NCBI GenBank assembly: GCA_017610175.1
Contig: JAFCCO010000001.1
Location: forward strand, 72,265-136,264
Reading direction: 5' to 3'
Length of the DNA: 64,000 bases
From: Candidatus Iainarchaeum sp.
Lineage (GTDB): Archaea; Iainarchaeota; Iainarchaeia; Iainarchaeales; GCA-2688035
Each line of letters starts with the position of its first letter. Within the stretch, counting starts at the first letter, position 1. The notes below the pieces were generated by a model that did no database searches, had not been told where the DNA came from, and worked only from the letters and a program-made list of their open reading frames with translations. Positions 57,601 through 64,000 of this stretch are shown here, piece after piece. The translations under genes and the position numbers were made by a program.

Positions 57601-58819
57601 GTTCTATTGTTTGCACAGAGTCACTTATGCTTACCTTAACCGTTCCAAGGCAGTAGTCTTCGTGGTCGATTAGTGCGGTGTATTCAACATCTTCGGTTAC
57701 TGTAAATGTCACTTTGCCGTCTGAGTTTGTGTTGCGTGCAGGGGCTGCGTCCTCCACACCTTTTTTCAGGCTAACCAGCGCATCTGTTATTTCATCATTG
57801 TTTCTTTCGTTTACAATCTTAAGCTTTATTTCCCCAACAATGTTTTGTTCAAGTTCAAGTATAACCGTTTCAGAGGAGTCAACAACAATTGAGAAGACCG
57901 CGCTTTGGGTGCTTCCAAAGCCGCCTGTTCCCGCTGTTTTAACATAGTAGTCCCCTGCAGGCTTTGAGAATATTGCAATCCCGTTTGCGGTTGTCTGGGA
58001 GTCAATTGGCCCTGAACCTGATAATTCCCCTGTGTCCTTGTAGAGGTAAACTGTTTCTGTTTCGGATATTATTTGCCCGTCCGCTTTCAGTTCAACCCTA
58101 ACGCTTCCTGTTGCCTCGGCAGGGGCTGAAAGGTAAATTGTTTGTGTTCCGCTTGTAATTTCAATGCTGCTTTTTGGGTCAAAGCTGTCCGATTCCACGC
58201 TTGCAATTAATCCGTTGCATCCTGCGGGTTCAATAACTGTTACCTGCCCGTTGGAAACTTCTATGCTGCTTGGTGCCTGCACATCTGAGTTTTTGCATGC
58301 AAAATGCAGTGTAACAGGCTCCCTTATTGGCTGGCTGTATTCGTCCTTTAGCAGGATATTAAGCTCTCTTGTCAGGATTTCGTTTAAGTAGAATTTTTTT
58401 GTAAGGCTTGCGCTCTCAAGGGTCACATAATCGGTTGTTTTTTCATAGCCCTCTTTTGAAATCTCCACGTCCAAACTGGCTCCGAGCGCCAATAAAATCG
58501 GGTCTGTTTCCCCGAGTTCGTTTGTTGTGCCTGTAAATACCACTTCATCATTGAAGATTACTTTGACTGCAGCATTGGGCAAAGGGTTGTCGTCTTGGTC
58601 AAGAACCTGTACTGCAAAAGAGCTTTGGCCTGTTCCCGCAAAGAATCCAATAACTGCCCCGAGGGCAACAATTGCAACAAGGGCAAGCAATAGTGCAAAG
58701 CTTGGGGCGATTTTGTCAATCGGCTCTATTACCTTGTAGACCGGGACTTTCTCGTCAATTTTGTCAAGGAGTCCGTACCACTTGTCTTCCCAGGAATAAT
58801 ATAGGTCGTTTAAGTTCAT
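51608..58819 (-). CDS. Giant surface protein (2403 aa), paralogue of 43499..51574
   Basis: N-terminus DLYYSWEDKWYGLLDKIDEKVPVYKVIEPIDKIAPSFALLLALVAIVALGAVIGFF; C-terminus ...FFWNPKVILEELAGERSKAEADCIGAS; central glycine-zipper segments flank a Pro-rich PVEQP repeat. Confidence 0.7.
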   Translation of the reverse strand: MNLNDLYYSWEDKWYGLLDKIDEKVPVYKVIEPIDKIAPSFALLLALVAIVALGAVIGFFAGTGQSSFAVQVLDQDDNPLPNAAVKVIFNDEVVFTGTTNELGETDPILLALGASLDVEISKEGYEKTTDYVTLESASLTKKFYLNEILTRELNILLKDEYSQPIREPVTLHFACKNSDVQAPSSIEVSNGQVTVIEPAGCNGLIASVESDSFDPKSSIEITSGTQTIYLSAPAEATGSVRVELKADGQIISETETVYLYKDTGELSGSGPIDSQTTANGIAIFSKPAGDYYVKTAGTGGFGSTQSAVFSIVVDSSETVILELEQNIVGEIKLKIVNERNNDEITDALVSLKKGVEDAAPARNTNSDGKVTFTVTEDVEYTALIDHEDYCLGTVKVSISDSVQTIELEPYTPACGGTMKVKVIDQTGRLVKNTTVSLHSPDGFSLGFQNQTTDINGIASFKGVKSGDYKAFAFKASSSGWSEVEHFIERAADKTIVTVVLTVPDGTIRARVLDEDGNPLQFATVAFIEVVGDKIVGGGSKPVEDINGTLDLTTRADKKIYIIASKKGYTNYTSLIYSVPPNGVQEITAVLEKEIISGDIKVEFKGIFNKQGKIVSVLAPGRRYKAMFQLRVPANTNYESIGMHVRTGDKKIMELDKLVIKELNVPGEAGIIKATSYSPENGYDVDSEHISSDKAKWANIIIRNFATGLTDVEVEIEVKETAEVEDELSIHYRAWAEQDSEFVRNPIDEVLGSVDGVSESLYANTHREVFQVGTETVCDEQFCFSANILDLSEGLAQSVSESFTGKIFREYKLNFSILNNSEFETDSYLGAEIRLVNENDSLLINDYEITGAQGTTIPGEANDNETGWIPIGDLLPNRSATGRVNFTPNQSGTAPLLIEIRSGQRIVFSKTITIGVTAANRFETVVVPELLPSGIENKITVTVKNQAGLEVADATVKVRDKFGDVLAEKTSNSKGIAILTLPALSPGEKLKLQIEKLDFELYERELGVNEEIVSIKPSRLGISLNVATDPEGEKKFTIENLSSFDVKISSLELDGRFRNLLDEERIRNWLFTFEGETIKAGAEREYSLKAFLSDAGKQVSEAKTLQGELQVGLSAYGSLWEFNVPTTVSIGLGGEVTDPTCFSITKKEWKGFTEGNPIEVEFEVQNNCAKEGNPVELKDIEVKVAWQGNSVGQFELRTEQAAIELRSGYFRKFAARLAEGETISVVLSFMPDAAIDGIANAEIIFQAGNPTDAKVQLLTDKLLAELTTANLVDCIYVDKEVLIIAPRKSDVFNIETLGNCGPQTQITLESELTLSKRTLSMTSDESKEIEVYAERNIPGQYPINIYAKGSDQTQKKLVKTVRARIFSGKCLDLTKYEFEVFDDPANATDGFDTSEVINNCYDKAVEITVEWDEHSWMDAMKTGAIVGLAMGLAGGFSAMGEGSSFFTGAAKDAAKGGGKEIKRTFGGREYIYDGEDWRDKKGVRITDKGILGGLEAGGDKPAAPAVVPKPVSPPVQQPAAPVEQPKPPVEQPQLPRTDYAAPSDEPILGPTGLATGAAQSIGSGIGQGMMGGMVGGIAKGIMGPPSFASWGIQGFLMGTLWAYSQQEDGTFTFTEILRDIEVHTAELFLPGALLTIEGEGEETETTIEEVPSEDIIVQLRDESYTEPNRENERLNVEYTRLDVINTTGVVQPDPATPIYRTLKVSGERINYVTEYEFDEETRPEEIEEESRDAYSQRFKIQLNAFNPLEAQKEPGPIPNCKLGTKVGVTGKAAVPKVLFKWDWDSINIDTCDEGNDDYIYCDATQFSIELLRKVKKLQEFIQENKPFDCPSPGSASSVKERPIISTVADVALTKIQARKVNNDANIFATVESNNNKAMAVEVTINIKNAETDALVKSCTKEIELISREIVDCLFTGVPAGSYKTEAIIVPTLCPDCENNDEDSDSISTTLIMGELGIEECEPYTTLRFKQFLEATEVAGNNAWSSADKEEMLKLLKFNAFLIRDAYTNDFRADFHEFCVHQSFFDCPAWYYEGDDSFGKYFSSGDNFIFDYAQAPHSPLQAGKYEITLDVEFNNDNWEFFSNGQPDAVVKVRMSQLSMPEPDSPFYYLPFDGRIGADSLNGRQGYGVNFRQTSEETISINSESDHLVVSTNLAASTPVFGGWVNAGFNDDFRRLNIDRRGILLDVQAGADETNIVLSPSYATPIMMKVGYGEGEDAYGFYSIEVGGSPETAFSKMIPWDGVGTNCRDFEDSPMLDAWQNTWDVHGGVTANISCARGTDIQDYGIEWCNPIRKGNTYLQSVVFTPQNTSSLMQRRSYSDEMALIAVDNIGTQIALNGVPGMQFNSYGSSSIDSVEDVFDLVSEGKVCLIGSDNRISNQFFWNPKVILEELAGERSKAEADCIGAS
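54226..54300 (-). repeat. About 21-bp imperfect tandem repeats (tggttgttcaac...) encoding a (PVEQP)-type proline-rich segment inside the 2403-aa gene
   Basis: tggttgttcaacagggggttt / tggttgttcaactggggctgc / tggttgttgtactggcggact read from the plus strand; minus-strand translation PAAPAVVPKPVSPPVQQPAAPVEQPKPPVEQPQLP. Confidence 0.5.
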
Positions 58820-58887
58820 GCAATTCCCTTTTGTTTTTTCTTTTTTCGCCTAATTAATTATTTCTTTTTAATATTAATACCTTTGCT

Positions 58888-61800
58888 TTACTTTAGCAGC
58901 TGGGTTTTGTTCCACTGCAGGCCAAGTTTGTTGCTTTCGATTTCTGTAATGCAGATATTTCCTGTCTTGATTTCTTTTAGCAATGAATCCAGTGAGTACT
59001 GCTCTTCTTTGTTGCCTGTTGGGGTAATTCCAACTGCCGCTGTTTTAAGTTCCTGTGTGCCTGCGACTGTGACACTTCCGGTGGGCTGCCCGCGGACGCT
59101 TGCACTGACTTTTGCCCCGCCCTGCGCGCACTTTATTTCCAGGTTGGTTTTCATTTCGTATGGTATGAACATTATTCCCTTTACACTTGTAGCTGTTGCA
59201 AGATCCTTCTTGAATCCAAAGTAGTCCTGCCCAACGCCGTTGCAGAGTTCTCTTTGTGCAACAATGTGCTGTATGCGGCTGTCCTTTCCGATTCCGCTCC
59301 ATTCTATAAGTGAAGCCATTTTTTCTGTCCGGCTTGTTGAGAGAAGGCCGCCCGGCACCGGCAGGTCGTAGAGCAATCCTTCTTGCCCGTCCCTGGATAC
59401 CATTTCGGCAGCAACAACCACCGGGTATGATGGCCTGAATTCAAATGTGTTCCCTGATATTGCAAGGACCTTTCCGTCTGCACTGCCTGTAACTGTGGTG
59501 TTTGTTGTAAATGTAAATTCTTTCATGGCTTCTGTTGCCGCAAGGGCTTTAACTTCAACCCTGTTTGGATCCTGTGCATCTATTCCTGTTTTGATGAACA
59601 GGGTTCTGTCTGCGTTTTTCAGGGCTGTTCCGTAGCCGACTCTTTTCTTTGCTGCATCCGCAACTTTTCCGTCGATTGGAATTTCGAACAACGGGTTCTT
59701 TGCGTAATCTGCGCTTATTTTTGCAAGCCTTTGTTCTTCCTCGAATTTGAGTTCAAATTCATCGTTTGCCCAGTTGTAGTTGATGAAAACATTGAACAGG
59801 CCAGCTTTAATGTCTCCGCTAATTTTCCATTTGGCGTATTCAACATTGTCGTATTTTGCTGCAAAGTCTGTTCTAAGTGCTGATGTGTATCCGTCCTTGA
59901 TTAGGTATGCGAAGAAGTTTACGTCTTTGTCAAAGAGTTCCTTTACTTTCCAGTCACTTTTGATGTTTGCCGCTTTTTCAAACGCATTCGTTACGCTTTC
60001 CTCGTCCATCTTGTCCTTGTGCTGTTCTGCGACTGTGAACCCGTCCATCTTTGTTAAAAGTTCCTTTAGGAAGTCCACGCTTATCGGGACATCTTTTGCA
60101 GTGGTGCTAAGGTCAACCTTGCAGCATTTTGCTTTTGTTTTATCTACTTTAGGGGCTGCATCGCTACTAAGGTCAATTGCGGTTCCTGTACAAGCCATTG
60201 CTTCAAAGCACTTGTCTTTGCTGTCTAGTGCTTTCCACATCTTGTCGTGCAGGCGCTCATATTCGTTGAGTGTTATAACATAGTCCGCAAACGGTTCTGT
60301 TGAAGTTTCAACCTTGTCTATTCCGATTGCCTCGCACTGTGCTTTGTATTTGGCTGCGTCTTCACATGCAAGGTCTTTGCTGACTGTGGACAGTATAAGT
60401 CCTGTGTAACTGTCGTTAATCTTTCCGATTGCTTCGTTTGTTTTTGTTAAGTATTCGAACAGCTTGCTTTTGTCGGTTGGAAGTGTTGGAACATTTGCAA
60501 ATGCTGCTTTGACGTTTGCAAGAATCTTTTCGTTGGTTTCACTGAGCGGCTTTCCGTCTGTTCCAAGGAAGAATGCAATTTTCTTGTCCTTTACATCCTC
60601 GTCTACGACAATCTGCTTTTTGGCCCACCTGAACAGGTTTTCGGTGTTCTTGATGTTTGTAAGGTCGTTGCCTGATTTGCCTGTTGCGGCCTTTACAACC
60701 TCTTCGTTGTTGATAAGTTCAGTTTCCCACTTCTCGCTGCCGGTTTTAATCTTGTCCTTAATTTCTTTTGCCTTCTTGTTTACTTCAATGCTGAATTGCA
60801 CTGCATCACAGAAGGTGTTTATTGCTTCCAGTCCGTCTTTTCCTGCAATTCTGTCGCAGATATATTTGTCGTCGTGGAGGTCTTTGCTCCAGTCCCACTT
60901 AATCTTGTCAAAGCCGTATTTGGTGTATATTGCGCTTCCGCTTTGTCCCTGCGGGCAGGCAATTATTTCGCCGTTTGTTGGTGGCTTTGGTCCGACTGTT
61001 CCAATTTGTGCTGTTTCACAGCCTACCACGCTGTCTGATCCAATTTTGAAATCCTTGTGCAAAACATTGAGTTTTAGCGGGATGCTGAATTCTCTGGGTG
61101 CTGGCCAGCAGTCTCTCTTGAGTTTTGCGGTGATTGAGGTGCTTATTTTTGCGCATTTGTAGGGGAGTGCGCTTGCGTCAATCTTGATTGCAATATTGTG
61201 GCCGCTGTCTGTGATTGAGGGGGTAAGTTTAACTCCGCCCGAGTCCGATTGGGCTATTGAAACTTCAATTATCCTGTCGTTGAATCCGCACAGGTTTCTT
61301 GCAAGCTTCATCATCTTGGGTGCGGGCTCCACTGTTCCTCTCCCTCCGGGGATGTTCTTTTGCGGCACAAACCCTGTTGGGGTACTGCCTGCGTAAACTT
61401 TTGTAAAGTCAAGTGCATCTGTGTTTATGCATGCAAGGGGGTCGTTTAGCCAGCAGCTTCCGTCACCAGTCATTCTTTCCGCAAGTTCACCCTGTGGGTT
61501 TTGCTTTGCCGCATTCTTTATGCATGCATCAATTGTTTCGCCAAGGCCCCATGTGTCCTGGAGCATTACTCGGAAGAATGCTGTGTCTGATTGTCCGAAT
61601 GCAGTGCTGTACTTAACTTGAGCGCTTGCCCTTATTGTCGTCCTGTAGTAAGCGCTTGATGCGGTCATTCTCAGCCCAAAGAGGGACTGGAACGGCAATT
61701 CTCCTGAGGTCTGGCAGAGTTGCTGCCTGTACTGTATGTTTGGCTTTACTTCGTATTCAATAATTTGGATTGTTTTTCCGTCCTCGCCTGTTTGCTTGGT

Positions 61801-64000
61801 TTCGTCGTTGATGTAAACTCCGCTTATAACCGGGCATGCCCCTTCCGTGCCTGAGGCTGAGTATCCTGAGCCTGTTCCACCGTATGGGTTGGATGCATCT
61901 GATTGGTAATAGCCCTGGTTTTGGTTTCCATAAGGGCTGTTGTATTGCCCTGAGCCTGCAAACCCTGTTGCATTGTGTGTTTCGTATGGGGAGTATGATT
62001 CAGGCGTTCCTGTTGGTGCTGTGCCGCTTGGTGTGTAACCGCCGCCGTTTGCAAACAGTGCGGTGTTTGTGTTTTGTGCCGCAAAGTTCATTTGGCCTGA
62101 TGGCCTGCCTGGAATCTGGCATTTGAATTCAATTATCCTGTCTGTTTTTTCAAGGAATACTCCGGCATCATAGCAATAGTTGTATATTTTTGCGGGCACT
62201 GGCTTTCCTATAAAGTTGTTCAGGCTTATTTCGGTTGGGGATAGCTTTATGCAGTCCTCGTCTATTTCATCAGGGCGCTTTACTATCACGTTAACGCTTG
62301 CAATCTTTGTGTACTTGTCTTTGCTTCCGCTTGCCCTTGCGTTTACATTGAGTTTGTACTTGCCCATTCTGTAGCCTGATTCAATCTCAACATCTTTTGT
62401 TTCCTGTGGGTCAAGCGAGAATTTGTTTTCTGCCGCTTTAATCATCGCATCCGCTTCAAGGTCAAGTTCTACCGCAATTGTGCAGGTGTTTTCAATCCTG
62501 ATTGAGTTTTCCCCAAGCCCGTATCTCCATGAGTCCTCTTCGCCCCTGTCGTAATAGTTTGTCCTGAACGGGCTGTCAAAGTTACTGTTGGGGTATGTTC
62601 CTGCAAAACCTCCTGAGTAACCTCCGCCGCCGCTGTATCCTCCGAATCCACCTTGGGCGTATCCATTATACCCGAAGTTTGCAAAGTTTCCATAGCCTGT
62701 GTTCCAGGGTGTTGTGCGAATTTCAACCGGGTCAGGTGCAAGGACCTTTAGGCACTTGGATAGGTTGCTTATGAATACATTTGTCTTGATTTTTGTTTCG
62801 ACTTCCTCTTTTCCGTTGAGGGTTTTGTTTTCCGCCTGCAGAACAATTTGGTATTCTGCCTCTTCGCTGTCTATTTCCGGGTTTGGCGTGAATTCAATTT
62901 CAATGTCTCCTTCGAAATCTGCCGGGAGCTGCGGGACAATTACATCAAAGTCATCCCCTATTTCAATCTCTTCCGCGTCCTCTATGTCTTCACTTCTGAG
63001 CTTGAATGTTCCAATAAGGTTTTCCTCTTCGCTTTGGATTTTTGCGGAGAAGTTTCTTAGGGGGATGGCTATTCCTCCAACAGTGCATGTGTTTGTAATT
63101 TTTATTCCTATTTTCTTTGTTTTGCTGCCGTCTGTTATGACTTCCCACACTGCCGGGTCTGCTCGGATGCAGTCTGAGTCATCCACTTCGTCTCCGAAGC
63201 CTACCCTTATTTCAAGCGGTATGTCTGTGACAAACAGGGCGTCAATTCCCTCTGCCTTGGTTTCGAACACAATTGATCCGTTGAGCTTTGTCGGCTCGTC
63301 TATCAAAAAGCCTTCTTCTGTGAGCTTTATTGTAATAAACATGTTTGCGTCTGAGTTGACAGGCAGGTTCTTTTCTGATGGCAGGTCAAGTTTGAATTCA
63401 ACAAGGTCCCGGAAGTCATTTGATACCGTTATGTCTTCAACCGATTGTGCCAGAGCCGTCATGTTGCTTATTAAAATCCCTATCCTGCTTTCAAAGTCTA
63501 TTGGGTTAAGTTTTGCCTTGATTTTGGGTGGAGTTATGAGGAGAATGCTGTCGTCAATTGCAATTTCAACATTTGTTGCAAGGTAGCCGTTCTTTGAGGC
63601 CTTAATCTCAAGGGTTGTGCCAGGGCTTGGTGCCTCTATTTCAAAGCTTGTTTCCCCTAATGCATTTGTCTGCCCGCTGAACAGCACGTCTTCCTCAAAC
63701 TTTGCCGTAACAATTGCATTGCTTATTGCATTTCCGTCGTCGTCGCTGACCTTTACCACAAGCAAATTGTCTATTAAGGGAATTATTTCGCGCGGGAGGA
63801 CATCTATTTGCAGTTGTTCTGCGGCGTCAACGCGAACGTTTATTGCCTCGTCAAAGATTGGCGCCTGCTCGCTCTTTATTATGATTGTGAATTTGTTGCT
63901 TCCCTCTTTTTCGGTTACAAATTCAATCTGACCTGTTATTTCGCTTCCCTTGTTGATTGTTCCAACCGTTTTTGAGAGAGAGTATGCTTCTGCAACCCCC
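58888..64000 (-). CDS. Giant surface protein, third tandem paralogue, 5' end beyond window (at least 1700 aa)
   Basis: The listed ORF start is a TTG; the same frame stays open upstream to position 64000; C-terminus ...ICITEIESNKLGLQWNKTQLLK resembles the other two; Gly/Tyr-rich low-complexity segments mid-protein. Confidence 0.65.
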   Translation of the reverse strand, partial: GVAEAYSLSKTVGTINKGSEITGQIEFVTEKEGSNKFTIIIKSEQAPIFDEAINVRVDAAEQLQIDVLPREIIPLIDNLLVVKVSDDDGNAISNAIVTAKFEEDVLFSGQTNALGETSFEIEAPSPGTTLEIKASKNGYLATNVEIAIDDSILLITPPKIKAKLNPIDFESRIGILISNMTALAQSVEDITVSNDFRDLVEFKLDLPSEKNLPVNSDANMFITIKLTEEGFLIDEPTKLNGSIVFETKAEGIDALFVTDIPLEIRVGFGDEVDDSDCIRADPAVWEVITDGSKTKKIGIKITNTCTVGGIAIPLRNFSAKIQSEEENLIGTFKLRSEDIEDAEEIEIGDDFDVIVPQLPADFEGDIEIEFTPNPEIDSEEAEYQIVLQAENKTLNGKEEVETKIKTNVFISNLSKCLKVLAPDPVEIRTTPWNTGYGNFANFGYNGYAQGGFGGYSGGGGYSGGFAGTYPNSNFDSPFRTNYYDRGEEDSWRYGLGENSIRIENTCTIAVELDLEADAMIKAAENKFSLDPQETKDVEIESGYRMGKYKLNVNARASGSKDKYTKIASVNVIVKRPDEIDEDCIKLSPTEISLNNFIGKPVPAKIYNYCYDAGVFLEKTDRIIEFKCQIPGRPSGQMNFAAQNTNTALFANGGGYTPSGTAPTGTPESYSPYETHNATGFAGSGQYNSPYGNQNQGYYQSDASNPYGGTGSGYSASGTEGACPVISGVYINDETKQTGEDGKTIQIIEYEVKPNIQYRQQLCQTSGELPFQSLFGLRMTASSAYYRTTIRASAQVKYSTAFGQSDTAFFRVMLQDTWGLGETIDACIKNAAKQNPQGELAERMTGDGSCWLNDPLACINTDALDFTKVYAGSTPTGFVPQKNIPGGRGTVEPAPKMMKLARNLCGFNDRIIEVSIAQSDSGGVKLTPSITDSGHNIAIKIDASALPYKCAKISTSITAKLKRDCWPAPREFSIPLKLNVLHKDFKIGSDSVVGCETAQIGTVGPKPPTNGEIIACPQGQSGSAIYTKYGFDKIKWDWSKDLHDDKYICDRIAGKDGLEAINTFCDAVQFSIEVNKKAKEIKDKIKTGSEKWETELINNEEVVKAATGKSGNDLTNIKNTENLFRWAKKQIVVDEDVKDKKIAFFLGTDGKPLSETNEKILANVKAAFANVPTLPTDKSKLFEYLTKTNEAIGKINDSYTGLILSTVSKDLACEDAAKYKAQCEAIGIDKVETSTEPFADYVITLNEYERLHDKMWKALDSKDKCFEAMACTGTAIDLSSDAAPKVDKTKAKCCKVDLSTTAKDVPISVDFLKELLTKMDGFTVAEQHKDKMDEESVTNAFEKAANIKSDWKVKELFDKDVNFFAYLIKDGYTSALRTDFAAKYDNVEYAKWKISGDIKAGLFNVFINYNWANDEFELKFEEEQRLAKISADYAKNPLFEIPIDGKVADAAKKRVGYGTALKNADRTLFIKTGIDAQDPNRVEVKALAATEAMKEFTFTTNTTVTGSADGKVLAISGNTFEFRPSYPVVVAAEMVSRDGQEGLLYDLPVPGGLLSTSRTEKMASLIEWSGIGKDSRIQHIVAQRELCNGVGQDYFGFKKDLATATSVKGIMFIPYEMKTNLEIKCAQGGAKVSASVRGQPTGSVTVAGTQELKTAAVGITPTGNKEEQYSLDSLLKEIKTGNICITEIESNKLGLQWNKTQLLK

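Noticed and set aside
43588-63931. Dozens of 60-250-aa ORFs on the plus strand inside the three giant genes (e.g. 45090..45764, 46968..47702, 52803..53432, 62699..63586)
   Set aside because: Shadow ORFs antisense to long, clearly coding minus-strand genes; low-complexity Ser/Pro/Leu-rich translations typical of antisense frames.
1-64000. CRISPR arrays, rRNA genes, IS elements/transposases, integrases
   Set aside because: Looked for regularly spaced direct repeats, rRNA signatures and DDE/tyrosine-recombinase motifs; none seen. The only tandem repeats are short in-frame coding repeats.

Overview
This 64-kb window reads as an archaeal chromosome segment, probably from a small-genome, DPANN-like lineage, though that placement is a guess. 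The archaeal call rests on a tRNA-Tyr with an archaeal-type intron, a tRNA-His with an encoded G-1, a family B DNA polymerase, a type 2 methionine aminopeptidase and leaderless starts behind TATA boxes.

Gene content, in coordinate order (almost all on the minus strand):
- 1..2261: an Mrp/Mbh-type cation antiporter module (MrpE, F, G, DUF4040, MnhB-like, MrpB, MrpC), co-directional and running off the 5' edge of the window.
- 2329..3829: two tandem ZIP/ZupT metal transporters; the first carries an apparent frameshift.
- 3950..10097: a secreted-protein island with two large PKD/CARDB-like proteins, a GNAT acetyltransferase and a vWA protein, all with a C-terminal transmembrane helix plus basic tail.
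- 10152..29849: eight tRNA genes, all on the minus strand (Tyr with intron, Thr-TGT, Glu, Met, Thr-GGT, His, Leu, Arg), interspersed with housekeeping genes. These include PAP2, MgtC, a DEAD-box helicase, two GT2 glycosyltransferases, a divergent RpiA, HisS, TrkA and TrkH.
- 19957..20853: a free-standing two-motif LAGLIDADG homing-endonuclease ORF whose 3' end runs antisense into tRNA-Thr(GGT).
- 20905..25350: a partial histidine operon (hisG-hisE fusion, hisI, hisH, hisF, hisA) ending in hisS.
- 30953..31861 and 36693..39086: MetAP2 and DNA polymerase B.
- 31908..36171: a 1166-aa secreted beta-helix-like repeat protein with a membrane-anchored partner.
- 43499..64000: the most unusual feature. 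Three tandem, paralogous giant genes (2691 aa, 2403 aa, and more than 1700 aa running off the 3' edge) have homologous N-terminal anchors and C-termini. The two complete ones each carry a central module of two hydrophobic glycine-zipper segments flanking a low-complexity, Cys- or Pro-rich segment.
- 41747..43458: five small membrane-protein genes follow the giants, two with Gly-rich tails.
- 39160..41750: a HerA-like protein with a destroyed Walker A motif, flanked by coiled-coil proteins.

No CRISPR array, rRNA or classical IS element was seen. All calls are from reading the translations and DNA by eye; no database search was possible.
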